In this document: piece after piece, positions 43,834-55,514 of the stretch
How the letters are laid out: the number at the start of each line of letters is the position of its first letter
Position numbering within the stretch: the first letter of the stretch is position 1
From: Spirochaetia bacterium
GTDB lineage: Bacteria > Spirochaetota > Spirochaetia > SZUA-6 > Bin103
Direction: 5' to 3'
Assembly: GCA_965198005.1 (NCBI GenBank)
Contig: CBDAOI010000003.1
Span: 128,001 to 192,000, forward strand
DNA: 64,000 nt
Translations under genes and position numbers: made by a program
The notes under the pieces: generated by a model
Seen by the model: only the letters and a program-made list of their open reading frames with translations
Database searches by the model: none
What the model was told of the DNA's origin: nothing

Positions 43834-45290
43834 GCGGCCCCGACTTCCCTTGGGAGCAGATCCCGGACGCGGCCATGGAGGCGTTTGACGAACGCCTGCG
43901 CTTGGTCGAGATGCTGCTCGACCCGCACATCGGGAACGCCGACAAACGCGCTGAACGCCGCCGCTACTGTGAGCAGCATCGGGTTGGCGGGCGCACCATC
44001 CGAGGCTATCTCCACCGCTACCGCAAGAAGGGCCCCCGGGGGCTGCTGTTCTACCGGCCGCGGCCCACCTCGCCTCGCGTCCACGATCCTGGGCTGCGCG
44101 CCAAGCTCCTCGCGCTGGTCAACGAGCTGCCCACCAGGAGCATCCCTCAACTGCGCAAGCTGCTCGCCACCGACGATCAGTTGGGCAGCAAGATCAACCG
44201 GAATTGCCATCTACCGCTTCCATGGCCGAGCAGCCGGTCACCTCATCTCAGATCGCACCATCTACCGTGGCCGAGCAGGGCCTCACCCAGGCGGTCCGCT
44301 ACCGCATGCTCGCTGAAGACTCGCGCAGCTCCTACCGCTCGTTCGAGGCACCGCACTCCCTGGCCCTCCTGCAGGCCGACGCCCGCGACGGCATCTGGCT
44401 CAACACCCCCCAAGGCCGCAAGAAAACCTACCTGTTCCTCTGGATCGACGACTTCTCCCGCAAAATCCTGTTCGGCAAGTACTATTTCGACGAGAAGCTG
44501 CCCGCCCTGATGGACAGCTTCCGCTATTGCGTCCTGCGTTACGGCGTGCCGGTTCGGTGCTACGTCGACAACGGAAAAGTTTACATCTCGCGCCACATGA
44601 TGGCCATCCTGGTCGAGTTACAGGTCAAACGAGTGCGCCACCCGCCCTATCAAAGCTATTGCAAGGGGAAAGTCGAGGCGCTCAACAAGATCATCAAGAA
44701 CCAGTTCCAACGTGAGGCCCAAGTCGCCGGGATGCGTACTGAACGATTCCGCCTTCTGGGCCTGGATGGATCTGGAATACAACGTCCGCGTCCACTCAGC
44801 CACCGGCCAGAGTCCAGATGCACGTTTCCGCGACGGGCTGCCCGCCGACCACCGCCGGATCACCGATCTGGAGACCTTCAACGCCCTGTTCCTGTGGCGC
44901 GAACGGCGCACCGTCACCAAGTACGGCAGGATCAAGCTGCACGGCAACCAATACCCCGATCACCAGCGTGGCGCGAACGGCGCACCCCCAGTGGCAGCGT
45001 CGTCGAGCGTCGTCGAGGTCCGCTTCGACCCCTACGACCTCGCCCAGCTGGCCATCTACGACCCCGGCGGCGGCCTGCTGGAGACCACCAGCGCCTCCAA
45101 ACAGGTCACCACACAGGTGCCGGCGGTCCCCGAGGAGTCCCGCGCCAAGCCGCCCGAGGTGTCGGCCGCCGCCCGGGACTACTTCACCCGCCTGCGCGAG
45201 CAGCACCACGCCCAGCTCCGCGACCGCAACCAGACTTCGTTCAGCCAGTTCCGCACTACCCCCAAGGAGCACCACGATGCAGATGCATGA
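43830..45290 (+). pseudogene. DDE transposase copy 2, frameshifted
   Basis: Local scrambled duplications or indels near 44200-44270, 44740 and 44955-45010. Confidence 0.88.
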
Positions 45291-46074
45291 TCACGTCCTC
45301 TCCTTCTTCGGCTTCTCCCGCCTGCCGTTCGGCAAGCACCTCCAGCCCGCCGACACGTTCCCCTCCACCGCCCATCAGGAGGCGCTCTCCCGCCTCTCCT
45401 TCGGCGTCGCCGACGAGGATATCCTGCTCCTCACCGGCCCTATCGGTTGCGGCAAGTCGGTCGCCCTCGCCGCCTTCGTCAGCGAACTCGACGGCAACCG
45501 CTACCGCCCCCTCTACGTCCGCGCTGCCGGCCTCTCGGAAGCCCAGCTCTACAAGGCGATCCTCGATGAGTTGAAGATCGATCCGCCGTTCTTCGCCGGC
45601 CAGGCCAAGCAGCTGTTCTTCAAGACCATCCCCGAGCTGACCAAGAAACCACTAGTCATCCTCGACGATGCTCAGGACCTTGCGGCCACCGCCCTGACGG
45701 CCATCAAGAACATGGTCAACTTCGCCTTCGACACCAAAAACTCCATCACCTTCGTCCTCGCCGGCCAACCCGAGCTGCGCGAGTTGCTCAGATATGCTTC
45801 CTTCGCTTCCTTGCGCCAGCGCATCCGTATCTCCTATCACATGCCGGCCATGGCTCTGGAGGAGACCTGTCGCTACATCGACCACCACACCGTCCGCTGT
45901 GGCCGCCCTGCCTCGATCTTCGCCGATGATGCCAAAGCTGACATTCACCGCCACGCCGGCGGCGTTCCGCGCCTGGTCAACGCCGTCTGCTATCGCTCCA
46001 TCCTGCACGCCGTCGTCAACGACATCAGCATCATCGACTCCACCAACATCGTTACCGATGAACTCGACAGCTAA
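45277..46074 (+). CDS. ExeA/TnsC-like AAA ATPase, intact
   Basis: MQMHDHVLSFFGFSRLPF, GPIGCGKS, LDDAQ. Confidence 0.9.
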   Translation: MQMHDHVLSFFGFSRLPFGKHLQPADTFPSTAHQEALSRLSFGVADEDILLLTGPIGCGKSVALAAFVSELDGNRYRPLYVRAAGLSEAQLYKAILDELKIDPPFFAGQAKQLFFKTIPELTKKPLVILDDAQDLAATALTAIKNMVNFAFDTKNSITFVLAGQPELRELLRYASFASLRQRIRISYHMPAMALEETCRYIDHHTVRCGRPASIFADDAKADIHRHAGGVPRLVNAVCYRSILHAVVNDISIIDSTNIVTDELDS

Positions 46075-46214
46075 CCTCCACCAGCCGTCGGCGGCACTCC
46101 CCGCTGGCGGCCGCCCGGCATCAGTGCCAGGCGCGCTGCGGCAATCCTGCTTGGCACGGTTTGGAAACGGCGGCTGGCCGGCAACACCCTGCTCACGGTC
46201 TTTCCATTGGGTGT

Positions 46215-47256
<1,042 letters not shown>

Positions 47257-47274
47257 GCCGGCGATGATACCAGA

Positions 47275-47443
47275 CGGACTTGATTCGACGGCTGGGGAGG
47301 ACTCTCTGGTGTAGCCAGCTCAGGAGGCAAGTCTTGCCAGTTCCAGAGTCTCCGGTGATCACCACTGCTCTTGCGCCACGCCCGGCGGCGGATGGCTCGA
47401 ACGGGTTGAATTCAAGCTTGAGCTTCTGAAGCATGCTGGACAT
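47275..47443 (-). pseudogene. P-loop ATPase N-terminal fragment
   Basis: LEFNPFEP...ITGDSGTGKT. Confidence 0.55.
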
Positions 47444-47574
47444 CGGCAGATACTCTCCGAGGTATCGAGTTCACATCTTTGTGGACGCGAATATGAGACA
47501 TGTAGGGACCGTTTGCATGTCGATAGTAGCGTCGCAGTACATGATCCTCGTCCTTCACAGAAGTCGTGTCGAGG

Positions 47575-47740
47575 GTCGCCAAGCCGGGCGAGGTTGGGAC
47601 CAACATGGCAAGGGAACGGGACATGGTGGAGCGCTGAACTACGGCGACTGCTTTTCCTACGCCCTGGCCAAGCACTTGGCGGCACCACTCTTGTTCAAGG
47701 GCGACGACTTCTCACGGACGGACATCCAGGCTGCGGCGAA
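47575..47740 (+). pseudogene. VapC/PIN toxin C-terminal fragment
   Basis: GKG...LNYGDCFSYALAK...LLFKGDDFSRTD. Confidence 0.8.
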
Positions 47741-47837
47741 CGTGCGGACTGGAGAGCCTCGACCTTCGGACTCCGGCCATCGTGCGGCGGAGTGCTGAAG
47801 TCGTTGCCGGCCCGTCACTCCTCGACGTGCCGCAGCG

Positions 47838-48938
47838 CTACGGCTCCTCGCTCGGGGTGGGGGCGGCGGCGGGGAGGAGCCCCTCGCGTTTGAACTCGGA
47901 CCACAGGGCTGCGGGAATCGGGGTGGCCAGGTAGGCCGCGTTCTGGGTGGCTTCCGCGGCCGAGCGGGCGCCGGGAATCACCGCGGCTACCAGCGGGTGC
48001 GCGAGCGGGAACTGGATGGCGGCGGCGGCCAGCGGCACGCCGTGGGCGCGGCAGATCGCCTGCATCCGGCGCGACTTGTCGACGATTGCGCGCGGCGGCG
48101 GGGCGTACATGTAGGTTCCGGCTTCGCCGGGCGCCACCAGCCAGCCGCTGGCGTACGGCGTGGCGCCGATCACTCCCACGCCGCGCTCGGCGCACAGCGG
48201 CATGATCCGGTCCAGGGCGCGCGTCTCGAGCAGCGTGTAGGCCCCGGCGATGGCCAGGAAATCGAGATCGACCGTGTCGAGGATGCGTTCGATCAGGGCT
48301 TCGTGCGCGCCGCCGGGCCAGCTCGCCCGGTTGCGCGCCTCGAGGTTGCAGCCGCACCCGATCGCCTTGATCCGGCCGGCCGCGCGCAGCTCCTCCAGAG
48401 CCGCGGCCCCGCCCCCGCCGTCACGCGCGAGCTCGCGCAGGTGCCCGGCGATCTGCTCCGGCGTGTGGTAGCCGTAGTCGACGTCGTGAATCGTGAGACT
48501 GTCGACCGACGAGTGTCCGAGCCGCTGCAGCGAGTCGCGGTGCTGCGCGCACAGCGCGTCGTGGGTGTAGTTGAACGCGATCCGAAACCCGGTGACGGGG
48601 TCGCGCGGCGTGCGCATGCTGCCGTCGATACAATGGGTGTCGTTGGCGGCGTTCGGCACCGGCTCCGGCACCAGCGACTTGCCCACCTTGGTGTTGATCC
48701 GATAGGCCGCCCGGTCGCCGCGGCCCGACAGGGCCAGCCCCAGGCGCCGTTCCGAACGGCCCATGCCGTACAAGGGCGCGGTGTCGTAGAACCGCACCCC
48801 GCTCGCCCACGCCGCCGCCACCGTCGCCAAGCTCGCCTCGTTGGTCACATCAGGCGTGCCGATCGGGCCGGCACCGAACCCCAGCGGGGTCACGTACAGA
48901 TCGCTCTTGCCAACCTTGCGCACGGAGGTGGGGCGCAT
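47838..48938 (-). CDS. Aldo/keto reductase
   Basis: YDTAPLYGMGRSERRLG, AAAIQFPLAHPLVAAVIPG. Confidence 0.92.
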   Translation of the reverse strand: MRPTSVRKVGKSDLYVTPLGFGAGPIGTPDVTNEASLATVAAAWASGVRFYDTAPLYGMGRSERRLGLALSGRGDRAAYRINTKVGKSLVPEPVPNAANDTHCIDGSMRTPRDPVTGFRIAFNYTHDALCAQHRDSLQRLGHSSVDSLTIHDVDYGYHTPEQIAGHLRELARDGGGGAAALEELRAAGRIKAIGCGCNLEARNRASWPGGAHEALIERILDTVDLDFLAIAGAYTLLETRALDRIMPLCAERGVGVIGATPYASGWLVAPGEAGTYMYAPPPRAIVDKSRRMQAICRAHGVPLAAAAIQFPLAHPLVAAVIPGARSAAEATQNAAYLATPIPAALWSEFKREGLLPAAAPTPSEEP

Positions 48939-48942
48939 GCGG

Positions 48943-49224
48943 CTACCCGCGCCGCCGCCGAAAGATCGGGTGCAGGTACTGCTCCAGATTCCAGCGCTTC
49001 CGGATCCAGCGCATGACGACGCCGTAGATCAGGAAGGCGGCCACGATCGGCACGCCGACCACGACGAAGGCCAGCAGCCCGGTGAGCGGCCCGGAGAGGT
49101 CCGAGAACAGCCCCGCGACCACCAGGAACGTGACCACCACCAGCGTGCCCATCAGCACCAGGTTGAACAGTGAGGCGAGCACGATGAACAGGGCGGTGTT
49201 GGCCTTCTTGTTCATCACCTTCAT
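48943..49224 (-). CDS. Small two-helix membrane protein downstream of lspA
   Basis: MNKKANTALFI...LEQYLHPIF; coupled to lspA. Confidence 0.7.
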   Translation of the reverse strand: MKVMNKKANTALFIVLASLFNLVLMGTLVVVTFLVVAGLFSDLSGPLTGLLAFVVVGVPIVAAFLIYGVVMRWIRKRWNLEQYLHPIFRRRRG

Positions 49225-49769
49225 CACCGCTGGCTCCGCCGGCTGCCGATCTCGTCGCGCAGGAACGTCAGCAGCAGCAGGATCCCCGCGACCACGACCG
49301 ACGAGTCCGCCAGGTTGAAGGTCGGGAACCGGGCCAAGCCGAACAGGCCGTAGAACTTCACGTCGATGAAGTCTACCACCCCGGCCGGCCGGAACAAGCG
49401 GTCGCCGTAGTTGGCGAGGCCGCCGCCGATCAGGCTGGCCACCAGCCAGCGCTGCACCGGCGACAGCTCGGAGGTGCGCAGGTAGTAGATGAAGATCGCC
49501 GTCACCACCACCAGCGGCACGATCAGGAACACGATGCGGCGCACCTCGGGCGGCAGCCCGTGGCCGATCGAAAACGCGATGGCGGGATTCTGGATCAGGG
49601 TGAAGCGCAGCACGTCGCCCACCACCTCGAGCGGACGCCCGTACGACAGGGCGGCAAGGACGATCGCCTTCACCACCTGGTCGGCGAGCAGGATCGCCGG
49701 CACCATCAGCAGGGGCGGCCAGCGCCGGCCGCGGGCCGCGCCGGGCGGGTCGGCGGGCGGTGAGCTCAC
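49224..49769 (-). CDS. lspA: Lipoprotein signal peptidase II
   Basis: DQVVK, NPAIAFS, GGGLAN..DR, VVDFID, FNLADS. Confidence 0.95.
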   Translation of the reverse strand: MSSPPADPPGAARGRRWPPLLMVPAILLADQVVKAIVLAALSYGRPLEVVGDVLRFTLIQNPAIAFSIGHGLPPEVRRIVFLIVPLVVVTAIFIYYLRTSELSPVQRWLVASLIGGGLANYGDRLFRPAGVVDFIDVKFYGLFGLARFPTFNLADSSVVVAGILLLLTFLRDEIGSRRSQR

Positions 49770-50548
49770 AGTCCCGTGGCCACGTCGATCAGGGTGGTGG
49801 TGAGGCCGGCGGCACGCGCCAAGTGCTCGGCCACGGCGCGCACGCCGTACACCTCGGACAGATAATGGCCGCCGCTGACCACGTTCACGCCCGCTTCCAG
49901 CGCCGCGTGGTAGTTCTGGTGCGCGGCGTCGCCGGTGATGAACAGGTCCACGCCGGCGTCGATGGCGGCGTCGAGATCGCGCGTGCCGCCGCCCGAGACC
50001 AGGGCCACGGTCTCCACCCGCTCCGGCCCGAACGGCAGCACCGCGAGGCAGTGCCGGTCACCGCCGAACAGCCGCTCGGTAACGTCAGCCAGCCGCGCCG
50101 GCGCCGGCAGCCGCCCCTGCAGCCCGATCGCCACCCCGCGGTACTCCCCGAACGGCGCCCGCTCGCCGAGATCGAGGGCGTCGGCCATGCCGGCGTTGTT
50201 GCCCAGTCCGGCGTGGCAGTCCAGCGGCAGGTGCATGGCGTACAGCGCCAGATCGTGCTCCAGCAGCAGCCGGACGCGTGCCAGGTGGGTGCCGGTGAGG
50301 GCCAGCGGCCGGCCCCAGAACAGGCCGTGGTGGACGAACAGCAGGTCGGCCTGCCAGGCGACGGCGCGCTCGAACGTCTCCAGGCACGCATCGACCGCGC
50401 AGGCCACGCGCGTCACCTCGGTCGACAGCCGTCCGACCTGCAGCCCGTTGAGCGCCGGGTCGACGCGCATGGCCTGCGCCCCGGCGGCGTTGTCCGGTCC
50501 CGCGAGCAGGAGCCGGCGCATGGTGGCGTCGAATTGTTCCAGTTGCAC
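49766..50548 (-). CDS. Nif3/YbgI-like dinuclear metal protein
   Basis: NGLQV, FVHHGLFW, LYAMHLPLD.H, GHYLSE. Confidence 0.92.
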   Translation of the reverse strand: MQLEQFDATMRRLLLAGPDNAAGAQAMRVDPALNGLQVGRLSTEVTRVACAVDACLETFERAVAWQADLLFVHHGLFWGRPLALTGTHLARVRLLLEHDLALYAMHLPLDCHAGLGNNAGMADALDLGERAPFGEYRGVAIGLQGRLPAPARLADVTERLFGGDRHCLAVLPFGPERVETVALVSGGGTRDLDAAIDAGVDLFITGDAAHQNYHAALEAGVNVVSGGHYLSEVYGVRAVAEHLARAAGLTTTLIDVATGL

Positions 50549-50713
50549 GACTGGCTCAGGAGTATAGCCGAACCGCGCCGTCCGCGTGGCGGCCGTGCAC
50601 GCATTGCCGCAGGTGCCGCGCGTGCCTTGCGTTGCCGCGCGGCGCCACACGTGCGAAAGCGGCGCCCCCGGCGGCGCAAAGCGCGACCGAATCGCAAGCC
50701 GTTGTAAAGGGAC

Positions 50714-51070
50714 ATGACACAGTTGAACGCGACGGAGCGGCCGCAGTCGGGCGACCCGCCGGCCACGGAGCTGGCGGCGAAGGTACGGGCGGTGCGTCCC
50801 CGCCTGGTCGATCAGCGGCTCCGGGTCGAGGCGCTGGTGCACGACGCGAAGGGCCATGAATGGTCGGCGCTGGTGCCGGACCGGGAGCTGGCGGCGATGC
50901 TGCCGCGCTCGATTCTGGCGGCCGACGGCACCGCTCCGGCCGCCTTGCTGGAAACCATCGCCGGCATCCTCAAACGGGTGGTGGTGGGACGCCACGTACG
51001 CCTCTGGCGCTACCGCCGGCAGTTCTACCTGAAGTTCCTGTCCTGGCGTTCGGTGCGGTTCGGCCCGTAG
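50714..51070 (+). CDS. Hypothetical protein
   Basis: Protein-like composition (LVPDRELAAMLPRSIL, YLKFLSW), divergent from the nif3 gene. Confidence 0.6.
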   Translation: MTQLNATERPQSGDPPATELAAKVRAVRPRLVDQRLRVEALVHDAKGHEWSALVPDRELAAMLPRSILAADGTAPAALLETIAGILKRVVVGRHVRLWRYRRQFYLKFLSWRSVRFGP

Positions 51071-51173
51071 CGCAGCCGCACCAGGAGTCTGTCGGATTAC
51101 GACAGACTCCTGGCGGACGGACGGGATGGGCCAAGAGCGACGCCCCGGGCGGCGGTTTTGGGGATGGTGTGTC

Positions 51174-51826
51174 TCACTTCTCGGGGCTGCAGAGAACGTC
51201 CGCTGCCCACTCGTTGGCCTCCGCCTCCAGGTCGGCCGCCTCGCCATCCGGACCGTCTACGAATACTGCTTTCTTGCTGTGGAGTACGATGTGTGCCGCC
51301 TCGTGGAACAGGCTGAACCAGAGGTGATCGTCGCTCTTGTGACGCGCGCTCAACTCGATAATCGCGGCGCTTGGCGAAAGCCACCACGCGGCACCGCTCA
51401 ATGCGGTCTTCCGGAATGGTTCGACCAGAGCCAAAGCTACGCCCGCGCGATTGCAGAGCTCGGCCGCTTGCTTTAGCCCCTCTCCGATCGGCGACGCCGT
51501 TAGCCCCCGATCGGAAAGCCCTGCGCCCACGAAATCACCTTTGCAGTGCTGTTGGTTCTGAGCTCTGCTTCCCGTGCCTGATGGAGGCGGTATGCGCCTT
51601 CGGTGCCAAGCCAGATGTTCGCGTGGACGCCGAGCACTTTCTCGAACTGCAGTGCCGTAGCCGGCTCCAGGGGAGCTTTTCCGGCGATGATCTCACTGAT
51701 CAGCTTCGGTGATCGCGCACACCGGCGTGCGAACTCGGCTTGGGAAATCCCGTGCGCGTCAAGGCGTTCCTTCAACAGCCACCCCGGAGGGACGGCGTAG
51801 TCCGGCTCATATCGGTTCGTCGTCAC
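51174..51826 (-). pseudogene. HigA-ImmA/IrrE Zn-peptidase fusion, internally deleted
   Basis: PDYAVPPG HTH part and WFSLFHEAAH (HExxH) part in different frames; toxin tail VVDYH* just upstream. Confidence 0.8.
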
Positions 51827-52085
51827 CTGTCATTCTCTTCCATTCAATGGTAGTCGACTACCTCGACGCGCACCCAGTCGGCCTCCCGCAGCGCCCCGTT
51901 CGAGCGCAGCGACGATCGCTTGTGGTGTCCGCTCGGCCGGCGCGCACTATCGTCCCGCCCCCTGGAACAGGTCCTCACCGTGCACGGGGTTACGGTGGCG
52001 GTGGTCGTTGGCGATCCCCGGGAGCGGGTGGCCGGCTAAACCGCAGGCGCAGCCGCACCCTGCTGGCGCAGGACGACGGCCCTGT

Positions 52086-52370
52086 CTAAATGCCGAACGA
52101 CTCCATGATGCGGTCGGCGAGACGGTCGACCAGAGCGGCATTGATATAGGACGGGTCGTTCAGGTTGCGGCTCACCTCGGCGATCCGGTCGGCGCGCACG
52201 TCGGGGCTCGCGTTGACCAGCTCCTGCGCCTGGTGCACGGCGGCCGCGGACTTCGCCTCCGGCGAGATCTCGATGGAGTCGCTCCGCTCCGTCCTGGCAG
52301 CCTGGGCTACCCGGTCGAGGTTGTCGAAACTGGAGACCGGATCGACCGGTCCGATACCTTCAACGGCCAT
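52086..52370 (-). CDS. flgM: Anti-sigma28 factor FlgM
   Basis: DSIEISPEA, PDVRADRIAEV...DPSYI. Confidence 0.85.
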   Translation of the reverse strand: MAVEGIGPVDPVSSFDNLDRVAQAARTERSDSIEISPEAKSAAAVHQAQELVNASPDVRADRIAEVSRNLNDPSYINAALVDRLADRIMESFGI

Positions 52371-52537
52371 GGCCCTGCCATCCTACACTAGTTTCACAAG
52401 CGTGCCTACTACCCCGGATCCGGCATGATCCGGCGGGCAGCAGCTTGCCAGTCACTCAGTCAGCCATTCGACGGCCGGCACGGCGGAGAACTCGGAAGCA
52501 TGGCGCCGCATGCGGCTTCAGAGTAGACTTCCGAGTA

Positions 52538-53373
52538 ATGAAGCTGGTCGAGATTCTCCGCCAGACCGAGGGGAAGAAGCTGGAATTCAAGCGCGACCTC
52601 TCCTCGCCCGCCCGCTTTCTGCGTACGATCGTCGCGTTCGCCAATACTGCCGGCGGCATCATCCTGATCGGCGTGGAGGATCGCACCAGGCACATCCGCG
52701 GGGTCGTCGACCCCCTCGACCTGGAGGAGCGGGTGGTGAACTTGATCAGCGATTCGATCAAGCCGCGCCTGCTGCCGGACGTCCAGGTGCTGAGCTACCG
52801 GAACTCACAGGTAGTGGCGGTGGAGGTCTTCCCGAGCCCCGCGCGCCCGCACTATCTGGCGCGAGACGGGCTGCAACGCGGCGCCTACGTGCGGGTCGGC
52901 TCGTCCAACCGTCTGGCCGACGCCGCGTTGGTTGCCGAGATGCGCCGTTTTTCCACTGGCGAGTCGTACGATGAAGGACCGCTGCCGGCGCTCGACTCGG
53001 AAGCCGTCGACTTCCGAGCTGCTTCCGAGTCGTTTGCCCCGGTGCGCAAACTGACGCGCCGAGATCTCGAAACGCTTCGGCTTCTCACTTCTCACCAGGG
53101 ACGGTTGGTGCCAACCGTCGGCGGCGTATTGGATCGAGGTGGAGAATCCCGGCCTGCTGCCGTTCGGAATGACGCTTGATGACCTGCCGCGCGGCATCTC
53201 CAGGATCCGCAACCGCACCATCGGCCGCCGTCGGACTCTCCGCGCGCGCGACCCGGACCCGCCTGGTCAAGCTGGTGTCGCGGGGACTGGTTCACGAAGT
53301 GGGAACCGGGCCGCACGACCCCCAGCGACGGTATGTCGCGAGCCGCGCGTTGGGCGGCGCCGTTGAGGGTTAG
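52538..53373 (+). pseudogene. AlbA_2/Schlafen ATP-binding protein, internally deleted
   Basis: EGKKLEFKRD, VAFANTAGG; remnant ENPGLLP and wHTH tail. Confidence 0.8.
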
Positions 53374-54056
53374 CCAGGTAATCCGGCAGCTTCGGTGGCC
53401 GTGACCAGCAGCACGAACTCGCCGGCGATCCGGTCGCGCGCTTCGAGGCAGGCGCTCAGTGCGGCCGGGGTGCCGTCCAGCAGCTCCTCGTGCAGCTTGG
53501 TCAGCTCGCGGCCCAGCAGCACGCGCCGGTGCGCAGCCAGAACCTGCAGGTCGGCCAGGGTCTTGAGCACGCGCTGGGGCGCCTCGAACAGGATGAACGG
53601 GCCGCCGCTGTGCACCAGCCGGGCGAGCTGGGAACGGCGCCGGCCCGGTTTGGGAGAGAGGAACCCGTAGAAGGTCACCCCCTGAGCGCCGGTGCCCGCC
53701 ACGCTCAGCAACGCGGTGACCGCGGACGCGCCGGGAATCGGCACCACCGCGAACCCGTGCTCGCGCGCGCGGCGCACCGTGGCGCTGCCCGGGTCGGAGA
53801 TGCCCGGCGTGCCGGCGTCGGTTACCAGCGCCACGTCGTGGCCGGCGCGCAGCAGGCCGAGCACCCGGCCCGAACGCGCTTCGCCGTACGCGTAGGCGAC
53901 GGTCCGGGCATGGATGCCGTAGTGGCTGAGGAGCTTCCGCGTCCGCGCCGTGTTCTCGCAGGCGATCACGTCCACCGCGCGCAACGTCTCCAGCGCACGC
54001 ACGGTGATATCACCGAGATTCCCGATCGGCGTAGCGACCACGTACAGGCTCGCCAT
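53370..54056 (-). CDS. rsmI: 16S rRNA C1402 2'-O-methyltransferase
   Basis: LYVVATPIGNLGDIT, VTDAGTPGISDPG, RELTKLHEE. Confidence 0.95.
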   Translation of the reverse strand: MASLYVVATPIGNLGDITVRALETLRAVDVIACENTARTRKLLSHYGIHARTVAYAYGEARSGRVLGLLRAGHDVALVTDAGTPGISDPGSATVRRAREHGFAVVPIPGASAVTALLSVAGTGAQGVTFYGFLSPKPGRRRSQLARLVHSGGPFILFEAPQRVLKTLADLQVLAAHRRVLLGRELTKLHEELLDGTPAALSACLEARDRIAGEFVLLVTATEAAGLPG

Positions 54057-54172
54057 CGCAATCACTGTACGGCCCGACGCGCAGCCGGCCAAGTCGACGC
54101 CAAGGCCCCCGCGTTCGCGGGTAGATAGACCACAGGCGGGTGGACCATAGGCGCCAGGGTGCTCGCGCCGGC

Positions 54173-55012
54173 TCAGGCGTGCCAGCCGCCGCTTACCTTG
54201 AGGTTGGCGCCGGTAACGTAGGAGGCGGCGTCGCTCACCAGGAAGCACACGGCGCCGGCCACGTCGGCGATGGTGGCGTAGCGGCCGGCGGGGATGGCGG
54301 CCTCTCCGGCGGGCGGCTTGGTCACCGAGTTGTCGACGATCCCGGGCGAGACCGCATTCACCGTCACGCCGCGGCCGGCGTAGTGCGCGGCCAAGCTCTT
54401 GGTCAGGATCAGCACTCCGGTCTTGGCCGCCAGGTAGGGGGTGAGGTTGGGCGCCGCCCGCAGGTGGTCGGCGCCGGCGTCCGCGAAGTTGACGATGCGG
54501 CCGTAGCCGCGCGCCGCCATTGCCGGCAGCACCGCGCGACAGGTCAGGAACGTGGTGGTGAGATTGCCGGTCACGGCACGCTCCCACTCCGCAGGCGTGA
54601 CCTCGGCGACGTTCTTCACCAGAAACGTGCCGGCGCAGTTGACCAGGATCTCGACCGGGCCGAAGCGCTCGGTCACCTGCGCCACCATCGCCGCCACCGC
54701 GGCCGGGTCGGTCAGCTCCGCCTGCACCGCCAACGCCGGTCCGTGCAGCCGCTCGATCTCCCCGACCACCGCGTGCGCCTCGTGCGGGCGCGAGCGGTAG
54801 TGGACGGCGACGCGCGCCCCGCGGGCGGCCAGCGCCAGCGCCACCCCGCGCCCGGTGCGGCGCCCGGCCCCGGTGACCAGCGCCACCCGGCCCTGCAGCG
54901 CGCCGGGGCCGACTGCGCCTGCATCGGCGGCGCCGAGGGCGGTTCCGGTACGTGCACCGGCGGCTCCCGCGGGGGCTCCGGCGGCGGCTCCGAGGTCGGC
55001 GCCGGCAGTCAT
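54173..55012 (-). CDS. SDR, pteridine reductase/FolM-like
   Basis: VTGAGRRTG, YLAAK, VNAVSPG; last gene of the fol cluster. Confidence 0.8.
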   Translation of the reverse strand: MTAGADLGAAAGAPAGAAGARTGTALGAADAGAVGPGALQGRVALVTGAGRRTGRGVALALAARGARVAVHYRSRPHEAHAVVGEIERLHGPALAVQAELTDPAAVAAMVAQVTERFGPVEILVNCAGTFLVKNVAEVTPAEWERAVTGNLTTTFLTCRAVLPAMAARGYGRIVNFADAGADHLRAAPNLTPYLAAKTGVLILTKSLAAHYAGRGVTVNAVSPGIVDNSVTKPPAGEAAIPAGRYATIADVAGAVCFLVSDAASYVTGANLKVSGGWHA

Positions 55013-55503
55013 GGGCCCGCCACCCGGCGAATGATCTGGCGGTACCGCACCCCAGGCAGCGCCGCGGCCAGCGCGCTGCCGTCGCGCGGGTCGCGCGCCC
55101 GCGGCGCCAGGTCCAGCAGCGGCACCAGCATGAAGTCGCGCTCGCGCAGGCCGGGGTGCGGCACCGTCAGGTGGCTGCGGTCCAGCACGCAGTCGCCGAA
55201 CAGCAGCAGGTCCAGGTCCAGCGTGCGCGGGCCGTTGGGCAGCAGCCGCCGGCGCCCGGCCAGCGCCTCCAGCCGCTGCGTGAAGGCGAGCACCTCGTCC
55301 GCCGAGGCGGCGGTGGTGATCTCCACGGCGCCGTTCAGGAAGCAGGGCTGCGGCCGGCACCCCCACGGGATGGTCAGAAACCAGCCGGAGGTCCGCAGCA
55401 GCGGGAAGCGGGCGCGCAGCAACGCCAGGGCGCGCGCCAGATGCCGCCGCGGCGCGAGGTTGGAGCCGAGCGCCAGGTATACGTGACGCGCCCGATGGCG
55501 CAC
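55009..55503 (-). CDS. folK: 6-hydroxymethyl-dihydropterin pyrophosphokinase
   Basis: YLALGSNL, FLNGAV, GPRTLDLDLL, VPHP.L.ERDF. Confidence 0.95.
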   Translation of the reverse strand: MRHRARHVYLALGSNLAPRRHLARALALLRARFPLLRTSGWFLTIPWGCRPQPCFLNGAVEITTAASADEVLAFTQRLEALAGRRRLLPNGPRTLDLDLLLFGDCVLDRSHLTVPHPGLRERDFMLVPLLDLAPRARDPRDGSALAAALPGVRYRQIIRRVAGP

Positions 55504-55514
55504 CCCGTTGCGCA

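Larger units (their letters stand above)
42391..46186 (+). mobile_element. Four-gene DDE/AAA transposon, copy 2, with 7-bp target duplication CCCTGCT
   Basis: TGTTGCCCGCCAG...CTGGCCGGCAACA; CCCTGCT at 42384-42390 and 46187-46193. Confidence 0.93.

Noticed and set aside
44195-45010. Programmed frameshifting in transposase copy 2
   Set aside because: Breaks are scrambled local duplications absent from copy 1, which is a single ORF; decay or assembly error
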